Source of the DNA: Octopus vulgaris
Lineage: Eukaryota
Length of the DNA stretch: 64,000 nt
NCBI GenBank assembly: GCA_951406725.2
Contig: OX597818.1
Span: 17,732,001-17,796,000, forward strand
Direction of reading: 5' to 3'
Shown here: piece after piece, positions 53,047 through 64,000 of the stretch
How the letters are laid out: every line of letters begins with the position of its first letter
Numbering within the stretch: the stretch's first letter is position 1
Program-made: the position numbers and the translations under genes
The notes under the pieces: generated by a model
What the model was told of the DNA's origin: nothing
Databases searched by the model: none
Seen by the model: the letters and a program-made list of their open reading frames with translations, nothing else

Positions 53047-56000
53047 GTCATCATCATCACTAGTGACATTTCTTTCAAAGTCTATAATTAGAGAACAAAC
53101 TTTTGAGCGTGTTTTCTGTTAACTATATTTAGATGTTGTTGCACAATTTTTCAGTGCAGAACATGATGTTTCTTTCTAGAGATTTGGCCTTTTTATAGTG
53201 CAGAGCTTTGCATCATGACAATTGCTTGTCACCTCTTCTCATTGTGTGTGGCCAAAGAATTCCTTGCATTGTGACACATTAAGATACCAGACATGCTCCT
53301 CATACAGCTGAAACACAACTTTATGTTGTTCTGGTTGATATGGTTTGGGGAATATACACATACTTCAAGGTGGTGATCTAGCAGAGCCATTAGCATGCCA
53401 GGCAAAATGCTTAGCAGCATTTCATCTGTCTTTATGTTCTGAGTACAAGTTCTGCTAAGGTCAGCTTTGCCTTTCATCTTTTCAGGGTTGATAACATAAG
53501 TACTTGTTGAACACTGGTTTCAAAGTAATCAGCTTACCGACTCCCTCAAAATTGCTGAGATTCTGCCAAAATATGAAACTAATATATGCACATTTGGAAA
53601 CTGTTTGCAAATGATAGTGAGAGAGAGAGAGCATTTTGCAGTACTGGTCTCTATGTTGGTGTCAACAAAGAACATGTTCAAAAACTGCCTACACCAACCC
53701 AACTGGCTATTCTACCATCATCACCTGGAAAATAAGATGACACTATCCAACAATATTTATGAATTAAAAAAAAAACTGCAGGAAAGAATAAGAACATCAT
53801 ATGGGCAATTATAGGCAGAGCATCAGCAATTAGGAACATGTCTGAGTTTTGTAACTTCTGTCAAACAGAGAAGCACTACATCCTCAACAATAAGTCAGAG
53901 CTTTTCTCAGCTTGCAAAAAGGAGCACTTTTGTCTTTGTGTAAGAAAAAGTAAATAAACTTATACATATATTTTCTTTTACTTATTTCAGTTATTTCACT
54001 TGCAAGACATAACAAAGCTAACAGCTGTTTCTGATCAGATTCCCAGAATGCAGTCTATACATAAATGCGAGAATAAAATTCTTCATTTTCATAGGGCATT
54101 CGAATTAAAGGCTTTTAGACTATTTGTCTAAACCATGTTTTCTTACCTCTGCCTTCTTCCTTTTGTTTATGTTGTATGCTCTTGTTTTTCACTCTGATGA
54201 AGATCAGTTGCCTTAATTTGAATGCTTTAGTTTGAATGCCTTATTTCAAATGCTCTATGAAGATGAAGAATTTTATTCTCACATTTATTGGGAATCTGAT
54301 CAGAAACAGCTGTTAGCTTTGTTATGTCATGCTTTGTATCAATAAACAAGCTTTAAATGTGGTCCAATCGATGTGTGCTTAATCTATATTTTTCTCCATT
54401 TTCTAATTATTTGCATTGGTTCTTGATAAACTTTTGTTTATACTATTGTCACCTGCACTTGATGTATATGGTGTCCCTGCACACCATTGCCTGGAGATAA
54501 CACAGGTAATGGATACTGATAGAATATACAAATATTTTATTCCTTAGTTGGTTACTACAACTGCTAACTCTATTTATATCTTTATATATAAAACTGAAGT
54601 TGTGTGTGTGAGAGTCTGTCTCCTCCGATTTAGATTCCTAACTACTCCCACATTTTGCAGTGCAGTTTAACCAAAAGCAGGTATCTTATAGTCGTGATTC
54701 ATATCAAGCCCTTTTGGGTATTAGCGTGCATCTACGATGAGTCTACGATTTAAAAAAAATTTACCATCATTTTTTCACATTTTTGCTCAGTTTATATAAG
54801 GGAAGTAACTCTCTAAAAATGCTTATATAGTTAATTCCCTTACAAACCTGAGCAACGCCGGGCGATACTGCTAGTATATATATATATATATATATATATA
54901 TGTGCACACTCACATAGATATATTTATATACATATATACATATGCACATACACATACACACACCAATCATAACAACACTAGCACTACCTGAATATTTACC
55001 TGAATCTCATAATCATTGAGACGGAAAGCATGTCTGTTCAAACCTGTAACTTTGTTGGGAAACAACCTGAAATATAGAACAAAAAGAATATATTAAGAGG
55101 ATACCGAAATTTTTTTCTGATACACACACATATTCTTCATTCTTTTTCATTTATCATATGGTCTCTCTCTCCCTCTCTCTCGGATTCAATATCCATAGAA
55201 ACCACACCAAAACTGGTATGACCAAGCAAGACACATGATCCTGTGACCTGTCTAGAAAGGCAGTAACTCCAAATAAGAAATAACCTTAGCTGCCTGTCCA
55301 ATTCATGCTATGACAGACATGAAAATGATGAATGGTGATTGGTGAGTGGTGAGTGGTGATGATGGCAGTAGTGGCATGTCTGCAAGTTTTAAAGACAAAA
55401 TTTACCCACTACTAGTGCATTATTATTATTCCAAGAAATCATCACATTCAATTTGCAGATTTTTAATGACTGTTTTCTGCTGTTTTTGTTGTTTTGTTTG
55501 TGTTTTCCATTTGTTTTCCTTTTATTTTATTTTATTTTATTTTATTTTATTTCTGTCTTTCATTCCTGCAGTTAGTAAATACTGTCTTTCTGTCTGTTCA
55601 AACTTGGCCATTAATGGTTAGGTTGCCTTTGATATAACCTCCAGAAATCAAGTCTTTTGGATGCATTGCACAATTGCACATAAGGTGGGTATTGAAAAGT
55701 TCCTGGCTTTAAGGCCCAATCTTCCAAGTTCTTTTTACAGTGCTTACAAAAACTGAAGGACCACTGCAATAAGTGTATGCAACTAAGAGGGGAATTTTGC
55801 TGAATCAAATCGTGACTAATTGATCCTTCTGTATCTTCTTTTACCGAAAGCCAAGAACTCTTTAGTACCTCCTCATACATATACAACAATGGATGGCTAC
55901 TGATACTCCTGAGTTTACCCACTCATTGATAAGATACGTTTATCCATTCCACTAAATGTCCCCAGGGTTGCCAGTTTAAGCACAGACAACCCAACAATGC

Positions 56001-58244
56001 AACAGATTATATTGAATTATAATAATATAATAATAATAATAATAATAATGAAATTATTGTACACAGTGCTCAGGTGCACCACAAGTTGTCAGAAAGTACG
56101 TATAAAGTATATGCAGTAATGTACAAATGTCTGGAAAGTGAACTAAGTATGAGTCAGATACATGCTTGTGTGTGTATGGAGGGGAGAAAATCAAGTGTAG
56201 TGTTGGCGAATCTCAGAAAGCATGGAAGTTTTGAAGGATGCAGTGCTCCGACAACTAACAACTGATGCCGGCAGTTTGTTCCATGCTTCAGCAACTCTCA
56301 GCGTACTGATAAAGCTCATACATAACATGAAATAATTTTTTACTTTTAAATTTACATCCATCCCGTTCATAACATTGACACATATTACTATGATTCCTCA
56401 CATAAAGAAGAGAATAGATAAAATAGCGTCAAAATCTACATTGTGTTAATTAAGGTAAGAAAGGCTCGACAAAATCAACCACGTCCTCCACCAACATTAC
56501 CATGCAGTCAATGCCATCGACTCTTTCATTCAAGAATAGGTCTACTTAGTCAGTACCATAAAGGAAGCGTTCAGCAAAGATGAAACAAAATACTCGTATA
56601 TGAGATTAAAACCGTCGACGATTCCCCCATGTGAAGTGAATGGATAAATAATGTCAAATAAATATCTTCCAAGGAATTGTGTAAGAGTTATTCCCCTTCG
56701 TATATTGTCTCATTTAATTCACCTTTCTTTTCATACACTTTATCAGGCATTAAGGGCATACAAATAATCGATTCATTTTAATCATTACATTTGCGCTTCC
56801 GATCAATTGAATTTGTTTCAGAAAATTATGACTCTACAGATTTGAACGAATGATCCTAGTTAAAAATAAGCTTTTGTCAGAAAGGGTGACATGAAATTTA
56901 AAGTAATAATGAATGACAGAAAAATCTCACCATAGCGTAAAAATATGTGCTTACTAATAGGTAATTATGACAGTCCATGGGTGAAATTTTTTCACTTCTA
57001 TAGTTTGTAGTAAATTACTTGCAGCAAACTACACTAGGTGATTATTTAAATATAGTTCATGTTTCTTTTCATCATTTAAAAAGACTAACGAAATATACAC
57101 ACAGATACCTATCTATTTACTCCTCTCTCTATCTCTCGCTCTGCATATATCATCATCATCATCATCATCGTTTAGCGTCCGCTTTTCATGCTAGCATGGA
57201 TTGGACGGTTCAACTGGGGTCTGGGAAGCCAGAAGGCTGCACCAGGCCCAGTCTGATCTGGCAATGTTTCTACGGCTGGATGTCCTTCCTAACGCCAACC
57301 ATACCATGAGTGTAGTGGGTGCTTTTACGTGCCACCGGCACGGGTGCCAGACAGGGCTGGCAAACGGCCATGATCAGATGGTGCTTTTTACATGCCACCG
57401 GCACGAGGCCAGTCGGGGCAACGCTGGCAGCGGCCACATTCAGATGGTTCTCTTATGTACCACCAGTACTGGTATCACAGCTGCAATTTCCATTGATGTT
57501 GATCGATTTCGATTATTGATTTTTGATTTGATTTTCACTTGCCTCAGCAGGTCTTCACAAGTAGAATTTTGTGTCCCAAGAAGGAAAGGTATGCATAAGT
57601 AGACTGGTTACATCCCAGGTAGAAGCCACAAGTTATGGTCTCACTTGTCCTGCCGGGTCTTCTCACGCGGAAATTATTATGACAGAAAGAAGACATATAT
57701 ATATAATTAAATCAAGGATATAAAATCCTCTTAAAGGGATGTCAGCTTCCAAGTTCCCCAGTTTTATCCAGTGTATCAGTGAAATACCAAAGATGTTAGC
57801 TTCACATTAATGGATCTGGGTACATTATTGCTTATATATGAGGAAAAGAAAACAGAGAAATTGAGAAAAAGACATCAGTTTATTAGAACATATCTAATTC
57901 CAAACTAAAACAAATTTAACCCTTTAGCATTTAAACCGGCCATATCCGGCCAAAAGTATTCTGCCTATTTTATGTTCAAACTGGCCAGATCTGGTCTCTC
58001 ACACCAACCCTACAATATCGTTTTAAAAATTAACAGCTACCTCATCAAAATCTCATAGCTACAAGATAATGCGTGATTAGTTCAAAACAAGGTGGATAAA
58101 AGAGCATTAATTTTGGCAGAATAATGCGAACACTAAAGGGTTAATTGTTTCCATACCCAAATAATTCAAATTAAGAAATTAAATTGGTATCAAGCATGTT
58201 CTAATAAATTGATGTCTTTATCTCAATTTCTCCGTTTTCTTTTT

Positions 58245-58287
<43 letters not shown>

Positions 58288-58551
58288 ACACACACACACA
58301 CACACACACGCACACACACACATTTGGTCATTTCATTATGTTAAGCCATTAATTCCTACACATTACTTTTCTGTCTCCGTTTTTATCATTCACTCTCCAT
58401 TTCTTTCCCATCAATCCTTTCTGTCAAAGACTTTTCCATTCTTCCCTAGCATCAAACTAATACACCTGCTTGGTCCTCCCTCAGCTGCCTTTGTCTTTTG
58501 TTTTCTGTACATTTGAATTAAATGTATACATACATATAAAGTATATTACTA

Positions 58552-58598
<47 letters not shown>

Positions 58599-58606
58599 TA
58601 CATACA

Positions 58607-58640
<34 letters not shown>

Positions 58641-58888
58641 GTCAGTCAGTGGAAGGACTTCCCTACCTCATATGTTCTTAAAATTTAAATCTACATCTTT
58701 GTCTGTATATCTACCTTCACAATAATGTTGCCACTTGATTTGAAAATTTTTGTATTAATGGAAAACCTCTATAATTGGTTGATGAATACTCAGCATCTTA
58801 AAGCTGTTGTAATACTTACAACATTTAATAAAACGATGTAGTACGAAACGATCGTACCAAATTACAGGAGTCATTCTTGTTGCTTATT

Positions 58889-58924
<36 letters not shown>

Positions 58925-59453
58925 GCACATACACACACATTCATACATACATGCATACATATGTTCGTACATGCATGCACATATATTTGCATTTAATGAC
59001 CTCACTACTGCTGATGATATGATAAAATACATCCAGTCCACTCTGTAAAGTGACTGGTACTAGGGAGGGCATCCAGCCAAACAAACTACACCAAAGTTGA
59101 GACATGAGAGCATGATGTAGTCCTTTGACCAATCAAGAAAGGAAGCAGCTCTAAATGAAAAATAGCCTGGACTGCCTGTTCAACCAATGCCATCATGGAA
59201 AGGTAGGTGTAAATATGATGACTGATGATTGGTGGTGAGTGACGATGATTGCAGCAATGGGAACAAAGAGGGTGACAATAAAGATGAAGGCCAACAGTGA
59301 TAGTGATTTCCCTAAAATCCATCCACCGTTGCAGCTGGGAAGTTAAAACAATAAAGCAAGATCAAAATACTCACCACTGGATATAGCCATGATGACGTTC
59401 CAGCTTCTCATAATCACCAAACCAATTTTCTAGAATATCTTCTATATAATCAC
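49256..59453 (-). CDS. OGFR: OGFr-family gene copy 2 (5'-partial): exons 59375-59453, 55000-55066, 52592-52734, 49256-49439
   Basis: Same internal exon sizes (79, 67, 143), phases and motifs as copy 1; open frame. Confidence 0.9.
50038..50121 (-). ncRNA. Hammerhead-like motif in last intron of copy 2
   Basis: ttat-CTGATGA-tggtgg...ctact-GAAAC-ATTT-GTC-ataa. Confidence 0.55.
50865..52487. mobile_element. Non-autonomous TIR DNA transposon with nested repeats
   Basis: 67-bp imperfect TIRs at 50865-50931 and 52421-52487 starting CACAATT. Confidence 0.7.
52592..52734 (-). CDS. OGFR: OGFr-like copy 2 exon (EISRNEVLRDRVKRSFHLMLDFYGMSMTGDCQFALSLSSNDRIKNLK)
   Basis: 143 bp, paralog of 2089-2231. 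Confidence 0.92.
52833..53059. repeat. Compound (AAT)n(CAC/CAT)n microsatellite
   Basis: Direct observation. Confidence 0.95.
54192..54316 (+). ncRNA. Hammerhead-like motif with expanded stem II inside an inverted-repeat element (54007-54329)
   Basis: CTGATGA-agatcag...ctgatca-GAAAC-AGCT-GTT. Confidence 0.45.
54573..54874 (+). mobile_element. Non-autonomous Helitron-like element (related copy 63667-64000, minus)
   Basis: 3' hairpin + CTAG; near-identical body in the two copies. Confidence 0.7.
55000..55066 (-). CDS. OGFR: OGFr-like copy 2 exon ((W)LFPNKVTGLNRHAFRLNDYEIQ)
   Basis: 67 bp, paralog of 7596-7662. Confidence 0.92.
56020..56303 (-). mobile_element. CR1 LINE 3' end
   Basis: TLRVAEAWNKLPASVVS..S..SFK; (TTA)n tail. 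Confidence 0.65.
57920..58140. mobile_element. piggyBac-like MITE
   Basis: TTAA-CCCTTTAG...CTAAAGGG-TTAA. Confidence 0.8.
58775..58860 (+). ncRNA. Type I hammerhead-like motif with long stem II
   Basis: ttgg-TTGATGA-atact...(tgttgtaa/ttacaaca hairpin)...agtac-GAAAC-GATC-GTA-ccaa. Confidence 0.6.
59375..59453 (-). CDS. OGFR: OGFr-like copy 2 exon ((G)DYIEDILENWFGDYEKLERHHGYIQW)
   Basis: 79 bp, paralog of 16360-16438. Confidence 0.93.
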
Positions 59454-60059
59454 CTTTGAAAAGAAAAAAAATAATATTAAGTAATAAAAAATATAATGAA
59501 ATGAAAAATAATTAAAATAAAAAATTTAAATTTTTTAAATCTAAAAAATTTTTTGGAAATAAAAAAATAAACTATCTTTCTGATGAAAATGAAGATTGTA
59601 AAACAGTTCCATACTGAGATCAAAGAAGATATGACAGACATCTTTTATCTTTGATTTGTTACTTGTTCCAGTCATTGGACTGCAGCCAATGTTTCAGTCA
59701 TTGGACTGCTAAGTTTCATAGACATAAACAAACCAACAGTTGTTGAGTGGTGGTTAGGGACAAACACAAACACACATATATATATTTGCACATATATACA
59801 TACATACACACACACATATATATATACACATACATACACATTTCTATATACATGCATACACATACACACATATACATATGTATGTGTGTGTGTGTATGTA
59901 TAGACATATGTAAGACAGATACATCTATGCATATACTTATAAGAAGCCATATGCATCCATATACATATACTCATACACATACTTACATACACACATATAT
60001 ACATCCTGAAGTATCTCTATTTGGCAAAAGTGCCTGCTACTTTAATTGCTGCCACTCAG

Positions 60060-61690
60060 AGGCTCACAAAAACCTGAGCCACAACTCACACTTAGAACAC
60101 TATCAAAAAACAAAGAATTAATATCAACATTTTCAACTGACATAGGAATAGAATTTGGCCAGAAGAAATGTTCTCATTTAAATTTTAAATTGGGAAAATC
60201 GGTCTCCCAGACACAAAACCTGTACATCAATGGTCTCGCTATGTCTCCTGCCCCACACAAAGAATGCTCAAGTACCTTGGCATTGATGGAAATATACCAT
60301 ACTAAGGTACTGTGTATAAAGATAGAGTGACCCAAGAATATAACACCTGACTAAGAGAAATATGGCAGTCCAAACTCTCCTCTTACAACAAGACAATCTT
60401 GCTCAGTGCATTTCCAATACCAGAGCTGATTCCAACATTTGGGATACTTGACTGGTTTGTATAAGAAATCCACTCCATAGACATTAAAACCTGCAAGATT
60501 CTAACATCAGTGGGAAATCTCTATGAAAATAGTGATATCAAGAGGCTTTACATAAGAAGAGATAAAAGACATAGAGGGCTTGAGATCAGTGAAGATAGCC
60601 TTCGAATGTCGTCACATAGTCTCTCTCAGACAGCACTTGCTAAACAACAGCAGCAAAAATAAACTCATTAACTTAGTGCTGAAAAGTGAAGAAAGCAATA
60701 TCCTACGTGTTGGAAGTGAGTTTCTTTGGAAGTATTGTCTTTCCGATCCCCTCCCATATAACCCAAAATCATCTAGACTGGCATACCTCAAAGAAGACCC
60801 AAAAATGACTCTCAGTATATCAAAAAGAGACCATGGATGGGTATGTTTCTCATAGACTTGAAAAAGAGAGTAACATTATCATGAAGCAAAACCTCTCTTG
60901 GGCCCATGACTGCTACATTGCATCACACTTTGAAGGCTATGCATTTGCAATCCAAGAACAGGAGATTGCTACTAAATAACTAATGAACAAAAGAGACAGC
61001 AAAGCCCTTGGAGTTCCAAGATGCAACTGAAAATGTAGATTATGTCATATTTCTGTGGAAGACATCACATGTAATTAGCAGCTGCCCCAAAATGTCATCA
61101 AGGTACTACCTCCCTATGCAACATAATGCTGTTGCAAAAATAATATACAGTGCCATTCGAAGAAAAGACCGTTCTGGAATAAATATAGAGAAACCCTATG
61201 TTATTGAATACATACACAAGGAATACTGGTGGAACTTTCTCATCAAAACATCTGTTAAGTGTAAGCATAACAGGCCAGATATTGTTGTTTGGTACAGACA
61301 ATAAAAAGTATGTACTATCATAGAGGTCAGCTGTCCTACTGATGTGAATATCTCTTTGAAAATTAAAGAAAAAGAAGACAACTATGGACAACTGCTTTGA
61401 AACTTCCAGCTTCTATATGCTGATTACAGATTTACATTTACACCAATAATAATTGGAACAACTTGCGTTTGTAAATAAATGCCTAACTGTCAGTCTGGAT
61501 AAGCTTGGATTTTCAGAAAAAGAAATCAACCAACTGATTCGCACATTACAAATACAATCTGTAAGCAGAACAGTAAAATTATGCAAGATGTTTTTATGGT
61601 TTAAAATGAGACATTGTTTCTGTTATCTACATTCCAAAGATGGAACTTTGTATCTTTGTAGGAAAACAGCTCCTTCAGAGGTAGAATTTA
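60060..61690 (+). mobile_element. R4/Dong-type LINE 3' half (RT C-terminus, Zn knuckle, restriction-like endonuclease), decayed
   Basis: FSTDIGIEFG.KKC; HVISSCP...HNAVAK; NRPDIVVW...IIEVSCP. Confidence 0.85.
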
Positions 61691-62210
61691 AATGATTAAA
61701 AACAGAAGTCACACACACACACACATGCATATATACACCATCATCATCATCATCATTTAACGTTTGTTGTTCATGCTGGCATGGGTTAGACAGTTTGACC
61801 AGAGCTGGTAAGCTGGAAGGCACCAGACTCCAGTCTGATTTGGTATGGTTTTCTATGACTGGATGCTCTTCCTAACACCAACCACTCTGAGAGTGTAATA
61901 GGTGCTATTACATGCCACTGATACAGTTGCCATTTGCATGACACCAGTATCTGCCTCAACTACGATTTTGCTCAGCTTGATGGGTCTTCTCAAGCATGAA
62001 ATAATACCAAAGGTCTCAGTCGTTGCCTTTGTGAGGCCCAACACTCAAAAGGAACTCAGCCACTTTGCCTCCATGAAGCCCAATGCTCCAACAGTGCCTC
62101 CATGAGGCCTAATGCTTCAATGGTGCTCATGGGTGCCAGTTACATGACACCAACATCAGGTGTGACTACAAATTCACTTGGCTTGTATATATGTATACAT
62201 ATATATATAT

Positions 62211-62375
<165 letters not shown>

Positions 62376-62459
62376 TATACATACATATACATAGATATAG
62401 GTGAATATAAACCTACTTGGGAATGGATGCGTCACGTTCAATTAAATAAATAAATAACA

Positions 62460-62513
<54 letters not shown>

Positions 62514-64000
62514 GCATATATGGGTACAGAATGTCACCAACGGTGCAAATAACATACACACAAGAGAAAGATACAAGACGTGGACAGCAGTTACAGGACA
62601 AAAACAAGTGAAATACATAAACAAATGAGGGATAAATGAGTGAAATATGAAAACAACAAGAAAACCATGGAAAACAGGACAATTTAACACAGAAAAAGGA
62701 TCCTTCATCAGTTGTCAGCTGTCTATCTACTCCTCACTTCAAGCCTTCATTGTTTACTACGTATTTCACTCATTTTCCCCTCATTTGTTTATGTATTTCA
62801 TTCATTTTATATATTCTTTTACCTGTTTCAGTTGTGACTGCGGCCGTGCTGGAGCACCACCTTTAGTCAAACAAATCAACCTCAGGACTTATTTTTTGTA
62901 AGCATAGTACTTATTTTATCGGGCTGTTTTGCCCAACTGCTAAGTTATGGTGATGAAAACACATCAGCATCAGTGGTCAAGTGATGTTAGGGGGACAAAC
63001 ACAGATACACAAACATATACAAGATCGTGAGTGTGACACCCTAACCACTAAGCTACATGTCATCATGTAGCAGTCATATACTCATGTAAATTTGCACACC
63101 TCCCTGCAGTTGGTAAGCAAGCTACTTACACACGGCCACTTCTGCAACTATACATATACATATATATATACATACATGTGCTGAAAAGCTCCTAGCTTTG
63201 GGTAAAAGAAAGGGAGCATAATATATGAACACAAAGATCATACCCACATATATATACATAAAATCAAAATCAAAATCAAAATCAAAATCGATCAACATCA
63301 ATAGAAACTGTAGCTGTGATACCAGTGCCAGTGGCACATAAGAGAACCATCCGAACGTGGCCGTTGCCAGCGCCACCCTGACTGGCCTCCATGCCAGTGG
63401 CACGTAAAAAGCACCATCCAATCGTGGCCATTGCCAGCCTCACCTGGCACCTGTACCGGTGGCATGTAAAAAGCACCCACTACACTCACAGAGTGGTTGG
63501 CATTAGGAAGGGCATCCAGCTGTAGAAACATTGCCAGATCAGACTGGGCCTGGTGCAGCCTTCTGGCTTCCCAGACCCCAGTTGAACCGTCCAACCCATG
63601 CTAGCATGGAAAGAGGATGCTAAACAATGATGATGATGATGATATATATATATATATATATATATACTAGCAGTATCGCCCGGCGTTGCTCAGGTTTGTA
63701 AGGGAAATAACTATATAAACATTTTTAGAGATGCAAAGTATAATAGCCATCTCAATATGGCTAACCACAAAGGGGGGTGTTACTGTAGCTTTTTATGTTC
63801 TGAGATTTAATAATACATTTTTAGAGAGTTACTTCCCTTATATAATAGCAAATTTTTTTTTAAATCGTAGACTCATCGTAGACATACGCTAATACCCAGA
63901 AGGGCTCGATATGAATCACAACTATAAGATACCCGCTTTTGGTTACACTGCACCGCAAAATGTGAGAGTAGTTAGGAATCTAAATCGTAGGAGACAGACA

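Noticed and set aside
52794-53091. Poly-His/Asn ORF
   Set aside because: Intronic trinucleotide microsatellite, disrupted in the paralog
62690-62720. CTGATGA on minus strand as a hammerhead (also 46089 and 59580 on plus)
   Set aside because: No matching GAAAC-NUH half with pairing stems could be found

Overview
AT-rich, microsatellite- and repeat-dense animal DNA; the SINE/RTE repertoire suggests a cephalopod such as Octopus (inference). The ORF track misses the real genes because they are spliced. Reading the minus strand shows two tandem paralogous genes of the opioid growth factor receptor family (OGFr_N domain). Copy 1 spans about 204-37.8k, with five domain exons, a 665-bp repetitive charged exon and two probable small 5' exons. 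Copy 2 has four exons in 49256-59453 and its 5' part lies beyond the window. The paralogs differ mostly at amino-acid-changing sites, and around one exon the flanking introns are ~99.5% identical, suggesting gene conversion plus divergent selection. Introns and intergenic DNA hold decayed mariner/Tc1, MULE, Helitron, RTE, CR1 and R4/Dong-type elements, SINEs and MITEs. There are also about a dozen minimal hammerhead-ribozyme motifs of Penelope/retrozyme type. Two carry a compensatory U3-A8 core, and one lies in a tRNA-headed, TSD-flanked composite element. All counts were made by eye.
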